A stretch of 32,000 nucleotides of DNA from Okeania sp. (GTDB lineage Bacteria > Cyanobacteriota > Cyanobacteriia > Cyanobacteriales > Microcoleaceae), in assembly GCF_035285525.1 (NCBI RefSeq), contig NZ_JAYKGW010000047.1, positions 1-32,000 on the forward strand, in the 5' to 3' direction. A program made the position numbers and the translations under genes. The notes beneath the pieces are model-generated. The model saw only the letters and a program-made list of their open reading frames with translations, was not told the origin of the DNA and did not search any database. This document shows positions 17,475 to 26,354 of the stretch, piece by piece (position 1 is the first letter of the stretch; every line of letters starts with the position of its first letter).

Positions 17475-17678
17475 ATGAAAATTAACTTTCAATTATATTG
17501 ATCTGCCAATCATATTTTCCAATGTACATCCACACATCAAATACTTGAACACAGAAAAACTTTTGTAGACGCTTATAGAACCGAACTTACTTGAGTATAA
17601 GATGAGAATGCAGTAGCTATTTCTGCAAGGTTGATAGTTTTCAGATCATGTCCGTTGAAAATAGTTTGGCAAGAAAAT

Positions 17679-17712
17679 GCTGACTGTTTCTTTTAGTTAA
17701 ATAACAGTCAGC
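17679..17712 (-). terminator. Probable intrinsic terminator of psbY
   Basis: 10-bp stem gctgactgtt / aacagtcagc with a 14-nt loop, 32 nt past the psbY stop. On the minus strand it is followed by attttctt. Confidence 0.45.
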
Positions 17713-17743
17713 ACTTAGACAAAAAAATATATTGTACTTAATT

Positions 17744-17872
17744 TTAAGCTTCTTCTTTATTTAGGAAATTTTGCAGTTGTTGGAGAGCCATAACACCAAT
17801 ATTGAAAACAGCCCAACCAGCAGCAGCAATTATAGGAAATAGAACGATTAACAAGCGAAAGTCAAAATCCAT
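17744..17872 (-). CDS. psbY: Photosystem II protein Y
   Basis: Manual translation gives MDFDFRLLIVLFPIIAAAGWAVFNIGVMALQQLQNFLNKEEA* (42 aa). It matches the remembered cyanobacterial PsbY pattern (MD...P...AA.WA..NI). gaggag lies 8 nt upstream of the ATG. Absent from the ORF track because of its size. Confidence 0.7.
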   Translation of the reverse strand: MDFDFRLLIVLFPIIAAAGWAVFNIGVMALQQLQNFLNKEEA

Positions 17873-18030
17873 TTTTTTTCTCCTCAAGATTTAAAAGCAT
17901 TTTTCTGTATTTTATAATTTAGCGCAATTTTAATCTTATGTTAAGCTTTCTCATTAAAAAATTTTCACATCAAATCCACTTGCTTTTAAATTTTATGAGA
18001 AACCAGGTTTATAGGAAGTAGGTTTCTTAT

Positions 18031-18070
18031 GGTCGGGCATTTAATATCAAACCCGGTAGCATCGGTATAA
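18031..18070 (-). repeat. Locus-restricted ~28-nt motif, copy 3 (inverted orientation)
   Basis: The reverse complement reads ttataccgatgctaccgggtttgatattaaatgcccgacc. Confidence 0.6.
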
Positions 18071-18257
18071 TTCAAGCTCTGTAGGGGTTTGGTCTCCAAA
18101 CCCTATACAAACACTGAAAATTATGTAATTATTGATACAGTATATTTTGGGAAAATGAGTTAATGGGGAAATATTGTAGTGCGGGCATCTTGCCCGCGAT
18201 GGGTTTACCTCATCACAATAGGAAGCGTTATATTTATTCAAATCAAATTGAAATTTC

Positions 18258-18797
18258 TTAATTTTGGATTGAGTTAGTAAACCCAATATCAGTTCCTTTA
18301 CCAGCATGAACTAAAGCTAACTTCTCATAATGTTCAGCGTGTTCCAGTAAATCAGCGACCTCTTGCTCCGAAAGCTCCCTAAGTTTTTTTGCTGGTACTC
18401 CGACTGCCAAACATGAAGGTGGTACATCCTTAGTTACAACAGACCCAGCTCCAATTATACTGCCTGCTCCCACCCGTACACCATTCAAAACTACAGCTCC
18501 AATACCAATTAAACAACCTCTTTCTATATAGGCCGAGTGAATAACTGCTCGATGTCCAACCGTTACATGATCTTCTAAAACAGTTACCAACCCTGGGTCT
18601 CCATGAAGGACTGCTCCATCTTGGATATTGGTATGGTCTCCAATAATAATTTTTTCTACATCCCCCCGGACTACAGCTCCATACCAAATACTGGCTCCTG
18701 TGCATACCTCTACTGTCCCCATAACTGTAGCGTTATCTGCAACAAAAGCAGCTTTAGATAAATCTGGGGGAGACCAAAAATCAGGCTGATTGGACAT
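18258..18797 (-). CDS. Gamma-class carbonic anhydrase family protein (left-handed beta-helix, YrdA/PaaY-like)
   Basis: 179-aa ORF with hexapeptide repeats and [15 protein letters not shown] plus [10 protein letters not shown] His-containing motifs. Confidence 0.8.
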   Translation of the reverse strand: MSNQPDFWSPPDLSKAAFVADNATVMGTVEVCTGASIWYGAVVRGDVEKIIIGDHTNIQDGAVLHGDPGLVTVLEDHVTVGHRAVIHSAYIERGCLIGIGAVVLNGVRVGAGSIIGAGSVVTKDVPPSCLAVGVPAKKLRELSEQEVADLLEHAEHYEKLALVHAGKGTDIGFTNSIQN

Positions 18798-18873
18798 TAT
18801 TTTCTTAATAAAAATTGATATTTGTCTAATTAGTTAGAATTTTATCATCATTAATTGCAGAAGTTAGAATCAA

Positions 18874-18893
18874 GGGCAAATGGCCATTTGCCC
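18874..18893. promoter_or_regulatory. Perfect 20-bp palindrome gggcaaatgg|ccatttgccc in a divergent promoter region
   Basis: Read directly. It lies between the divergent starts at 18797 (minus) and 18991 (plus). Confidence 0.35.
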
Positions 18894-18957
18894 CTACATT
18901 TCCCAACTCTACTTGAAAGGCGTGAGAATCTCCTAACTACCCTGGTGTTTGCTATTA

Positions 18958-18990
18958 CTGATAACTGATAACTGATAACTGATAACTGAA
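18958..18990. repeat. STRR heptamer array (CTGATAA)n ending exactly at the start codon at 18991
   Basis: ctgataactgataactgataactgataactgaa|ATG read directly. Confidence 0.85.
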
Positions 18991-19500
18991 ATGATTGACC
19001 CCGGTCTCCAATATCCAATTTTTGGTCCTGAGATTCAGTGTCCTCACTGTCGCGAGACCATTCCAGCTCTTACTTTAACAGATACTTATTTGTGTCCTCG
19101 TCATGGGGCGTTTGAAGCCGATCCAAATACTGGTGAGTTGTCTCATCTCTATTCTGGCCGTCACTGGCGCCTCTGGAATAATGAGTGGTATCGGCAACAT
19201 ACTCATCCCGATGGAATCAGGTTTGAAATCCATGAGGCTCTTGACCGACTTTATACTCAAGGATATCGAGCAACTCGTGTGATTATTGCTCAAAGATATC
19301 GGGAGTCGGTTAATGCTTATTTAGAAGGTAGTACCGGTAGGCGTGCTAATTCTGAATCTGATTTAGTAAAACTTTATGGTTTACCTGTAGAATTTAGTCC
19401 TGACCCGAAGGATGAACCTTGTTGGGAAGTCATTAATTTCCAATTAGAGAAAGAGGAAGGGGTAGTTGGGAGGTATCCCTATTTTCGATTGTTGGAGTAA
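18991..19500 (+). CDS. Conserved hypothetical protein with a zinc-ribbon-like CPHC...CPRH motif (cyanobacteria-type)
   Basis: 169-aa ORF with QCPHCRETIP...YLCPRHGAFE. The coding texture resembles the neighbouring genes. I cannot confirm a family name. Confidence 0.55.
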   Translation: MIDPGLQYPIFGPEIQCPHCRETIPALTLTDTYLCPRHGAFEADPNTGELSHLYSGRHWRLWNNEWYRQHTHPDGIRFEIHEALDRLYTQGYRATRVIIAQRYRESVNAYLEGSTGRRANSESDLVKLYGLPVEFSPDPKDEPCWEVINFQLEKEEGVVGRYPYFRLLE

Positions 19501-19767
19501 CTTTATTTGGAAATCTTACAGCGCTTCCCATTGTCGGTGAAGTACAAAAGTTTAGGTCTGAGGGAACACTTAACTGGGAACAGGAAATAGAAGGATCTAA
19601 AAATAACTGTATAGCGCTGCGCACAGGCAACAGGGAACAGGAAGAATGAATAGCTGATAATATAATACTTTTAGCTATTGGACATCTCCTGGAATTTGTA
19701 AATATTAAGTGCGCACATTGCTATATCTTATAATTTTGGAAAGTGCTTATGCAAAATTAATTACACC

Positions 19768-20085
19768 GTAAGCATTCAGCCGTCAGCCATCAGCTATCAT
19801 CTATTTTTTTTGGTTTTATATAAAATCCGGTTGAATACTCGTTATATAGTTGTCGGAGATGGGGAGATGGGGAGATGGGGAGACGGGGAGACGGGGAGAC
19901 GGGGAGATTGAAGTGTAGATAAAATTATGAACATATACACTTGTAACCGGATTCTATATTAGATGTAAATCTCATCTTTAAGACTATGTTTATAAACATT
20001 TCTCTTAATATAAAACTTTGTAATCGATAGCTTGAAAAACAGAGTCTTGTTGCTGATAGCTGATAGCTAATACCTAAATGCTTAC
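19768..20085. mobile_element. MITE-like element, family B (long copy with nested heptamer/C-like insert)
   Basis: gtaagcattcagccgtcagccatcagctatca ... ttgctgatagctgatagctaatacctaaatgcttac. Confidence 0.6.
19855..19908. repeat. STRR heptamer array (GGGGAGA/GGGGAGAC)n
   Basis: ggagatggggagatggggagatggggagacggggagacggggagacggggagatt read directly. Confidence 0.85.
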
Positions 20086-20210
20086 ATTACACATTACTAT
20101 TAGATATCTCCAATTTTATCCAGAAATTATCAATTCTTTCTTCCTGTTCCCTGTTTCATCCCTGAACTAGAAAATTAATCTTAGAAGTAAAGTTTAAAAT
20201 ATTAAAATAA

Positions 20211-20648
20211 ATGCACCATGTTTCGATTCGGACTGGTAATATTCATCGAGCGATCGCTTTCTATGAAAAGTTAGGTTTTATAGTTTGTCAACGCTTTACT
20301 ACAGGGTATACTTTAGCCTGTTGGATGGAAGGATTAAATGGTATAATTGAACTAATTCAAATTCCTGAACCTAAACCTGCACCTGATGCTTTTGGGGATG
20401 AAAATTATGTTGGATATTATCATATATCATTTGATTTGACTGAAATTGTTGCAGATTTACCTAGTTGGTTAAATTCTTTAAAACAACAGTTTGATTTAGC
20501 GGTTATAGAACAATCAGAAGTTTTTCAACCATTAAAAATTTTGTTAGAACCTACCCAACAAATAATTGGAAATAATGTTTATGAAGTTACCTTTATTGCG
20601 GATAGTGATGGTTTACCTTTAGAGTTTATTAGGAAGTTAAATCCCTAA
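20211..20648 (+). CDS. VOC (glyoxalase/bleomycin resistance/dioxygenase) family protein
   Basis: 145-aa ORF with the typical VOC start MHHVSIRTGNIHRAIAFYEKLGF and YYHISFD. AT-rich coding. Confidence 0.65.
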   Translation: MHHVSIRTGNIHRAIAFYEKLGFIVCQRFTTGYTLACWMEGLNGIIELIQIPEPKPAPDAFGDENYVGYYHISFDLTEIVADLPSWLNSLKQQFDLAVIEQSEVFQPLKILLEPTQQIIGNNVYEVTFIADSDGLPLEFIRKLNP

Positions 20649-20946
20649 GTTTTTGTTGAAGGAAGGCAGAATTTAGAAGGGGAATAATGAGGTAAGAATA
20701 TAATTGTTTTCATCTATCCTAATTCTATATCAACTAATAAATTTCTTCTGCACGACTACTTAAATATCTAATTTTTGGTATATTTTAGCTGAAAATAAAA
20801 AAACTGAAACTCTTACCTCGTCTCAGTTAAGTGTTCCCACCTTCTCTGTTCCCTGTTACCTAAAAGATGATACAATTTCTGATTAAAAATGCCTTAAAAT
20901 ATTACTGTGTAAATTTTTTTAATTTATTCAGCAAACTCTAATTAAT

Positions 20947-21037
20947 TAGGACTTACCCATAGACCATAGATATAGCTTTCAAAACTATAGCGCTATAGTT
21001 CTTTAAATCTATATATAGTAACTTTGTGTAAGTCCTG
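20947..21037. mobile_element. MITE-like element, family A
   Basis: ttaggacttacccatagaccatagatatagctttcaaaactatagcgctatag...tttgtgtaagtcctg. Confidence 0.65.
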
Positions 21038-21075
21038 TTAATCAAAAATTGACTGTTAAAGGATGTAAAATAGAG

Positions 21076-21378
21076 ATGATTAAACAAAAATTTCGTCAAT
21101 TTCATAAAATCGTCGCGCCAATAGTTTTTCTACCACTATTTGTGACTGTAATTACAGGAGTAGCTTATCGACTAGGTAGAAATTGGTTTGGATTATCTAG
21201 AGACCAAGCACATATTTTAATGGTAATCCATGAAGGTGAATATTTGGGCAATGAAATTAAACCTTTTTATGTATTATTAAATGGTATTGGTTTAGTTTGG
21301 ATGTTAGTAACAGGTATTGTTATGAGTGGTGTATTTAGTAAAAAGAAACCTCAGCCAAATAAAGAACAATCATCGTAA
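21076..21378 (+). CDS. Small two-TM membrane protein (PepSY-associated TM helix-like)
   Basis: MIKQKFRQFHKIVAPIVFLPLFVTVITGVAYRLGR...ILMVIHEGEYLG...GLVWMLVTGIVM. I prefer ATG 21076 over the track's TTG 21049, which abuts a MITE. Confidence 0.5.
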   Translation: MIKQKFRQFHKIVAPIVFLPLFVTVITGVAYRLGRNWFGLSRDQAHILMVIHEGEYLGNEIKPFYVLLNGIGLVWMLVTGIVMSGVFSKKKPQPNKEQSS

Positions 21379-21418
21379 GCATTTCCTGTGGAATGCGCTC
21401 CCATTCAGCTATCAGATC
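21375..21418. mobile_element. Solo terminus of a family-B MITE overlapping the stop codon of the preceding gene
   Basis: gtaagcatttcctgtggaatgcgctcccattcagctatcagatcc. The TAA at 21376-21378 is the taa of gtaagc. Confidence 0.5.
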
Positions 21419-21465
21419 CATCAATTTCATAACTTAACCTTAGTAAATTATTGTCAATTTTATTT

Positions 21466-21510
21466 GTAACACAACCATCCTGGTTGTAACAACCAAGATG
21501 GTTGTGCCAC
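21466..21510. repeat. Long imperfect hairpin repeat (gtaacaca.cc...gg.tgtg..ac family)
   Basis: gtaacacaaccatcctggttgtaacaaccaagatggttgtgccac. Same family as 31100-31215. Confidence 0.6.
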
Positions 21511-21815
21511 CAAAGTTACTGAATAAAATTTTGTACCTCACGCGCGGGCGTGAAATTGCTGTACATGTTCCCAGTCCCGGTATCTTGCCCGCGCAGGTAT
21601 ACCCCCTATTCCCCCTCCTCAAAGCCTAAAATAGCGATCGCAAACTTATCGCCATTCTAAGTTTTGTAACAATTAAAATCGGATTGCAATAATTGCTTAA
21701 TGATTACTTTATAAAGAAAGTCTAAGTTTAATTACAAAATATTAAAAAAATCCGCAAATTCTTAAAAACTTGTTATTGTAAAAAACATAAACATTAAAAA
21801 ACTTTAAAAAAAACA

Positions 21816-21938
21816 ATGAAAGTATCAAATTCTTCTTCTTCACATCTTGGTCAGTCAATATCCCTAGGAATTGTTTTAGTCCTTATGAGTGTTGGGATTA
21901 TGCTCTTGACAATGCTAATGATTGCAAATAGCAATTAA
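21816..21938 (+). CDS. Possible 40-aa single-TM peptide
   Basis: Manual translation gives MKVSNSSSSHLGQSISLGIVLVLMSVGIMLLTMLMIANSN*. There is no clear RBS, so this is weak. Confidence 0.2.
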   Translation: MKVSNSSSSHLGQSISLGIVLVLMSVGIMLLTMLMIANSN

Positions 21939-22118
21939 TTAGCTATCAACTTCCAGCCACTCTGGGTTAAAATTTTCTTAGAGTTTGATAATTCTGATTA
22001 CTAAATACTAACCACCGACTACTTCTTCAAGCAAAATAATAGACCCCAAGCTACTGAGGTCTAGTTAATCCAATTTCAAGATAGTTTCAATATAGGGTGA
22101 GATAATAGCATCCCCACC

Positions 22119-22832
22119 CTATAAACGCACTAAAAGATTTTTACCATGAGTATCAGTACCGCAGGTATTGATTAAACCATAAATAGCACTAAGTCTTTTC
22201 ACTTGTTCTGTTTGCTTTGGGCTAGGTTTCCATGGTTTAGTATGACTGTAAGCATAGTAAGTCTCCACCCCATCAATACCCAAATTTGCTGCTTCCTTAA
22301 TTAAGTCAGTAGCGGAACGCCGATAACGACAGGGATGAGCGAGTACCGCTAAACCACTCGCTTTTTGAATAGCACTAATTACATTAGCAGCTTGATATTC
22401 TTGACCTTTAGTTGCTTTTCCTGTCAAATAAGGCTTTAAACCAAAGTTTTCTGGGTTAAAACCATATCCAAGAATATGTACCTCAACATTCAGTAAGTTA
22501 GCATTAATTTCTACTCCGCTCCACAGAGTAGGTGCTAAATGTTCTTGATCTGGATTGATAGATTTCCAGTTTTCTAACCAAGTTTTAGCTTTTTTATAAC
22601 CACCAATATTATGATGGTCGGTAATGGCCAAACCTTTGAGGCCGATCGCAAGTGCTTGCTGTATTAAAGTCTCAGGTGTTAACTGTCCATCAGAATAGAT
22701 TGTATGTAGATGAAAGTTATAAGAGTTTGGGCAAGTATCAGCATCAACAGTTTCAAAGATTTGCTTAATTTGAGAGTAATTATTAACTACTCTTTTTTCG
22801 GTTAAATCACGAGCCGGAGTTATGATAGACAT
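22119..22832 (-). CDS. PHP-domain metal-dependent phosphoesterase
   Basis: 237-aa ORF with NFHLHTIYSDG, ITDHHNIGG, LAHP and CGTDTHG motifs. Confidence 0.8.
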   Translation of the reverse strand: MSIITPARDLTEKRVVNNYSQIKQIFETVDADTCPNSYNFHLHTIYSDGQLTPETLIQQALAIGLKGLAITDHHNIGGYKKAKTWLENWKSINPDQEHLAPTLWSGVEINANLLNVEVHILGYGFNPENFGLKPYLTGKATKGQEYQAANVISAIQKASGLAVLAHPCRYRRSATDLIKEAANLGIDGVETYYAYSHTKPWKPSPKQTEQVKRLSAIYGLINTCGTDTHGKNLLVRL

Positions 22833-23147
22833 ATATCTTCATAAATTGTTACTCTCTCCAATATATCTAAAAATTTACCTGATAGGGTGGAAGTTAGTCC
22901 TAGTTAACTAAATAGATATCGCCAGAAAAGAGGAAGTAGGGACATTTGGATGCAACGTTCTTGAATAATTAATAATTAATAATTACCTATTCTTATAAAG
23001 AAGAGGACTAGCGAAAAGGAACTTTTTTTCTTTTTTTTCCATGAATGGAGAGGCTTTATACCTTAATTTTTTGGTAAAAAGTAGGGAGCAGAGAGTAGGA
23101 GAAAAAAATTGATACTTTCTGTGCAATAATTGATTTTATTTTTTATT

Positions 23148-23196
23148 CACTACTTACGCAAAGCAACCAAGAAACCGGGTTTCTACATAAGTCCTA
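23148..23196. mobile_element. Short family-A MITE variant
   Basis: cactacttacgcaaagcaaccaagaaaccgggtttctacataagtcctac. Confidence 0.45.
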
Positions 23197-23476
23197 CTAT
23201 TGTTCGAAAAGAGAGAGTAGAGAGTAAGGAGAAAAAATTAATCGTTTCTGTACCAGAATAAATTCTTTTTGTAAAAATTTTCTATGAAAGAAATTTAAAA
23301 TATTGATAATTATAGTAGCGATTTATCTGTATTGAAAATTACATAAAAATCATAAATGGACTCAATCGAAGTGGAATGGGCAACGCCCATTCCTGAAAGA
23401 AGCGGATGAACTAATGTAGCCAACTTTGATTGGATAAGTAAAAATAATCTGTTTCATTTTTAATACCATATTAGCT

Positions 23477-24694
23477 TTAGTCCTGATTGCGGAAGACACG
23501 AGCCATATCCAATACTTTTGCCCAACGTTTTTGTAACTGCTTAGGAGTACATTTGATGGCAGTAGCGATCGCTTTTTCATCTTCACCAGCTTGCTTAAGT
23601 TCTAAAATTTGCTTTTCCTCTGCAGAAAGAGTAGTTAAGAAAGCTTGCCATTTATCAGAAACCATACCTAATTTTTGGTCAATATCAGCTCCTAACCATT
23701 CATGTACTAACTGCCAATTTTGAGAACGAGCAAACTTTTCTACATGATACTTAAAACGTTGTTGTAAGTAATCCCGTTGACGAGAAGTTAAGCCCAACTT
23801 TTTATCAATATCAGATGCTTGATAATCTTGTAGTCTTAATTTTAGATAATCAATACATTCGTCTTGTCCAGCTTCCTCTAAGTATTTGACTAACTCAGAA
23901 ATTACGCGATCGCGCAACACAGCTTCAGCAGGGTCAACAGTCTCTGCAACCATTTGTTCCCGCACTTGTTGGACAGCAGAAGAGCGACTATGAGCTTCTC
24001 CCTCTTCACCTTTAGGAGACTCAACTGCCATTTCAATATCAATTGCAGTTTCGGGAGGTTGACCTTTAGCAAAACTCTGAGCGCGTAACACAATTAATCT
24101 TTGACGGTTGCGACCAGGTAAACCAATTTGGCGTTTCGCGTATTGTTCAGTGAATGTCATGTATTCTGCTAATTCTAACTTTACTTTAGGAGTATAGTCT
24201 TGGTCTAAACCATGCTCCCGACGGAAAGCTCGTAGACACTCAATATAAAATCCTTGTAAAAAATCCTCAATCATGTTATAACGACCTTGGAAATTTAACT
24301 GAGTTCCATAAGCAGCAATATGACGATAAACCATTGAAGCTAGGAGAGAGTGTAATTCTACACGACCTCTATGAGAACCGAGTTTGTAATATTCTAAGCA
24401 CTTTTCCCAACGATGGCGTGCCAAACTAAGTTGCCAGGAACGAACTTCACCAGAATTTTGAATCCTATTACTTTTTAAACAAATTCTTTCTACTTCTTTA
24501 GCTATCCGTAGAGCTACAGTTTTAGCTTTTGCTGGCTTACTTTTTGCACCATCTTGCAACTCTTTTAAGACCACACCAGCTAAAGCTTCTGTATCCATTT
24601 CTAGTGCATTATTTGTTGTAGTTTGATTTTCAAGTTGGTTGTGATTAACTTTTGCAGTAGTAGAGTTTTGGGAGTTAGCAGTCTTAATAGTCAT
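23477..24694 (-). CDS. hetZ: HetZ-family protein (heterocyst differentiation regulator HetZ or a HetZ-related paralogue)
   Basis: 405 aa with a low-complexity N-terminus. The block SWQLSLARHRWEKCLEYYKLGSHRGRVELHSLLASMVYRHI matches my recollection of HetZ alignments. The C-terminal HTH-like segment is EEKQILELKQAGEDEKAIATAIKCTPKQLQKRWAKV. About 1 kb of non-coding DNA lies upstream. Not verified by search. Confidence 0.5.
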   Translation of the reverse strand: MTIKTANSQNSTTAKVNHNQLENQTTTNNALEMDTEALAGVVLKELQDGAKSKPAKAKTVALRIAKEVERICLKSNRIQNSGEVRSWQLSLARHRWEKCLEYYKLGSHRGRVELHSLLASMVYRHIAAYGTQLNFQGRYNMIEDFLQGFYIECLRAFRREHGLDQDYTPKVKLELAEYMTFTEQYAKRQIGLPGRNRQRLIVLRAQSFAKGQPPETAIDIEMAVESPKGEEGEAHSRSSAVQQVREQMVAETVDPAEAVLRDRVISELVKYLEEAGQDECIDYLKLRLQDYQASDIDKKLGLTSRQRDYLQQRFKYHVEKFARSQNWQLVHEWLGADIDQKLGMVSDKWQAFLTTLSAEEKQILELKQAGEDEKAIATAIKCTPKQLQKRWAKVLDMARVFRNQD

Positions 24695-24996
24695 TTGATT
24701 TTTCCTCTGGATAATAATGATGTAGAGTGATTAGGTGTTGGTTGAAGTCTTTGTGATTTCTTCCTTGTCTCTACATTTACAACTATAGGAAAGCTCTCCA
24801 AACTATTGGTTGAAGCAAGTTCCACTTTGATCATGTGGTTTTGCTATTAACAACAAATTCTGAAGTTCACCATCAAATATGTATTTTCCGGAATTATGCA
24901 AAAAACCCTTGAAAGCTTAATATACATAGAAAATCAAGACTTTAGTTACTAAACTACCTTAAGTTAGGGACACTGTGACAGTTACTAAATTGACAA

Positions 24997-25027
24997 TGCC
25001 ACCTGTGTAACAGATACACAGGTGGCA
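24997..25027. other. Strong palindrome/hairpin (13-bp stem, 5-nt loop) about 300 nt upstream of the HetZ-like gene
   Basis: tgccacctgtgta-acaga-tacacaggtggca read directly. Confidence 0.5.
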
Positions 25028-25030
25028 CAT

Positions 25031-25066
25031 TATCAGTTATCAATTATCAGTTATCAGTTATCAGTG
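25031..25066. repeat. STRR heptamer array (TATCAGT)n
   Basis: tatcagttatcaattatcagttatcagttatcagtg read directly. Confidence 0.85.
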
Positions 25067-25289
25067 TCCAGAAGTTGGTATTCAGAAGCCAATATTAACT
25101 AGGGTTGGCGCTGAAAAGTCTCTTGGAGAGGTTAGGCAATAGGCAATGGGCAATGGTTGTAGGTATTAATTTTTCTGCATTTTTCCTAGGGTGTGTCATC
25201 AATTAGATGTTAGAAGCTTTATCAACAAAGGTAGTGGACTGACAAGGCTAAAACTGTTAATTACATCATTGGGGAGCGGGTTTATATAA

Positions 25290-25391
25290 CAGGACTTACG
25301 CAAATGAAACCAGAAACCCGGTTTATCGTAGACTTCTATTGCTCAACACAACGATTTATCCTAGAAATCGGGTTCCTCCCGTGTAAGTCCT
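25290..25391. mobile_element. MITE-like element, family A, nested inside a larger inverted-repeat element (about 25187-25578)
   Basis: caggacttacgcaaatgaaaccagaaacccggttt...cccgtgtaagtcct. The outer arms are ctagggtgtgtcatcaattag and taattgatgacacgtcctag. Confidence 0.55.
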
Positions 25392-25697
25392 AATAACTAA
25401 CTGTGAAAATTGTTGTACGGACGTTGTATGCAATATCCCTACTGAGAAACCCGCCCCTACCGACCGCACAATTTCAGGTATGCGCTCGCTATATCTGAAC
25501 CTACTCTTGACAATCGCGATTATTAAATAACAGAGAATAGCCTTTTTGTCAACTTATTTAATTGATGACACGTCCTAGTTTGGTGAAGAAAAATTCGCAG
25601 TTTTAAGGATTAATCTAGTAGTTTTTTGGTACTTTGTGTTACCTGAAATAGCCTTTAAGTTTTATATGTCAATGGTTTTAGATTTATTCAGCAATCC

Positions 25698-26354
25698 CTA
25701 ACTAATCAAAGCTGTTACTGTTTCTACCTGAAGACCTTCTCGAATCAAATTTGGTTCTGGGCCAGTTAAGTCCAGAATAGTCGATACTTGATATCCTGGG
25801 TCAGAACCATCATCGACAATTATATCCACCAGATTTTCTAGACAATCAAATAATTCTGCTTTACCAGTCACTGCTTCTAGTTTTACCGGGGCCATTCCTT
25901 CCGCATCACTGGTAATATGAGCCGATGTGGAAATTATGGGATTGCCCAAAGTTTCTAATAAGGCCAAACAAACTTGATGATCTGGAACCCGGATACCTGT
26001 AGTTTTACGTTTTGGACTCATTACCAATCGTGGCACTAATTTGGTGGCAGGTAGGACAAATGTATATGGGCCAGGAATTAAACGTTTGATAATCCGATAC
26101 CCTGAGTCACTGACAATAGCGTAATTAGCAATGTTGGACAGGGAGGAACAAAGGAATGTTAAAGGCTTATCATTAGATAGTTGTTTAATTTGCCTAACTT
26201 TCTCCACCGCAGATTTAACAGAAAGGTCACAACCTATGGCGTAAACCGTATCTGTGGGATAAAGCATTACTGCCCCATCTTTCAGATCGTTGATAATCTG
26301 TTCTACACGCCTTGTTTGGGGTGTATCAGGATGAAGTTCGTAAAAAATTGCCAT
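25698..26354 (-). CDS. L-threonylcarbamoyladenylate synthase (YrdC/Sua5/YciO family)
   Basis: 218-aa ORF with YPTDTVYAIGCD, KPLTFLC, GIRVPDH and STSAH motifs. Confidence 0.85.
   Translation of the reverse strand: MAIFYELHPDTPQTRRVEQIINDLKDGAVMLYPTDTVYAIGCDLSVKSAVEKVRQIKQLSNDKPLTFLCSSLSNIANYAIVSDSGYRIIKRLIPGPYTFVLPATKLVPRLVMSPKRKTTGIRVPDHQVCLALLETLGNPIISTSAHITSDAEGMAPVKLEAVTGKAELFDCLENLVDIIVDDGSDPGYQVSTILDLTGPEPNLIREGLQVETVTALIS

Noticed and set aside
15975-18070. Inverted 28-nt motifs as terminal inverted repeats of a transposon carrying the ParM-like operon
   Set aside because: The interval also contains psbY, a core photosystem gene, and has no transposase. The accompanying acctggtttctc motif is not arranged symmetrically. 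The motifs are kept only as possible binding sites or relics.
18430-18705. 91-aa minus-strand ORF
   Set aside because: It is an alternative frame inside the gamma-CA-like gene and has a Trp/Arg/Ser-rich, nonsense-like composition.
21440-21622. 60-aa minus-strand ORF
   Set aside because: It is composed of hairpin repeats (the gtaacacaacc family and a gcgggcaagat-type GC hairpin).
23362-23586. 74-aa minus-strand ORF overlapping the 3' end of the HetZ-like gene
   Set aside because: Its first half is an alternative frame of the HetZ-like CDS. Only the last 31 codons (from ATG 23457) are outside it, and I cannot support them as a gene. They are mentioned under the patU finding.
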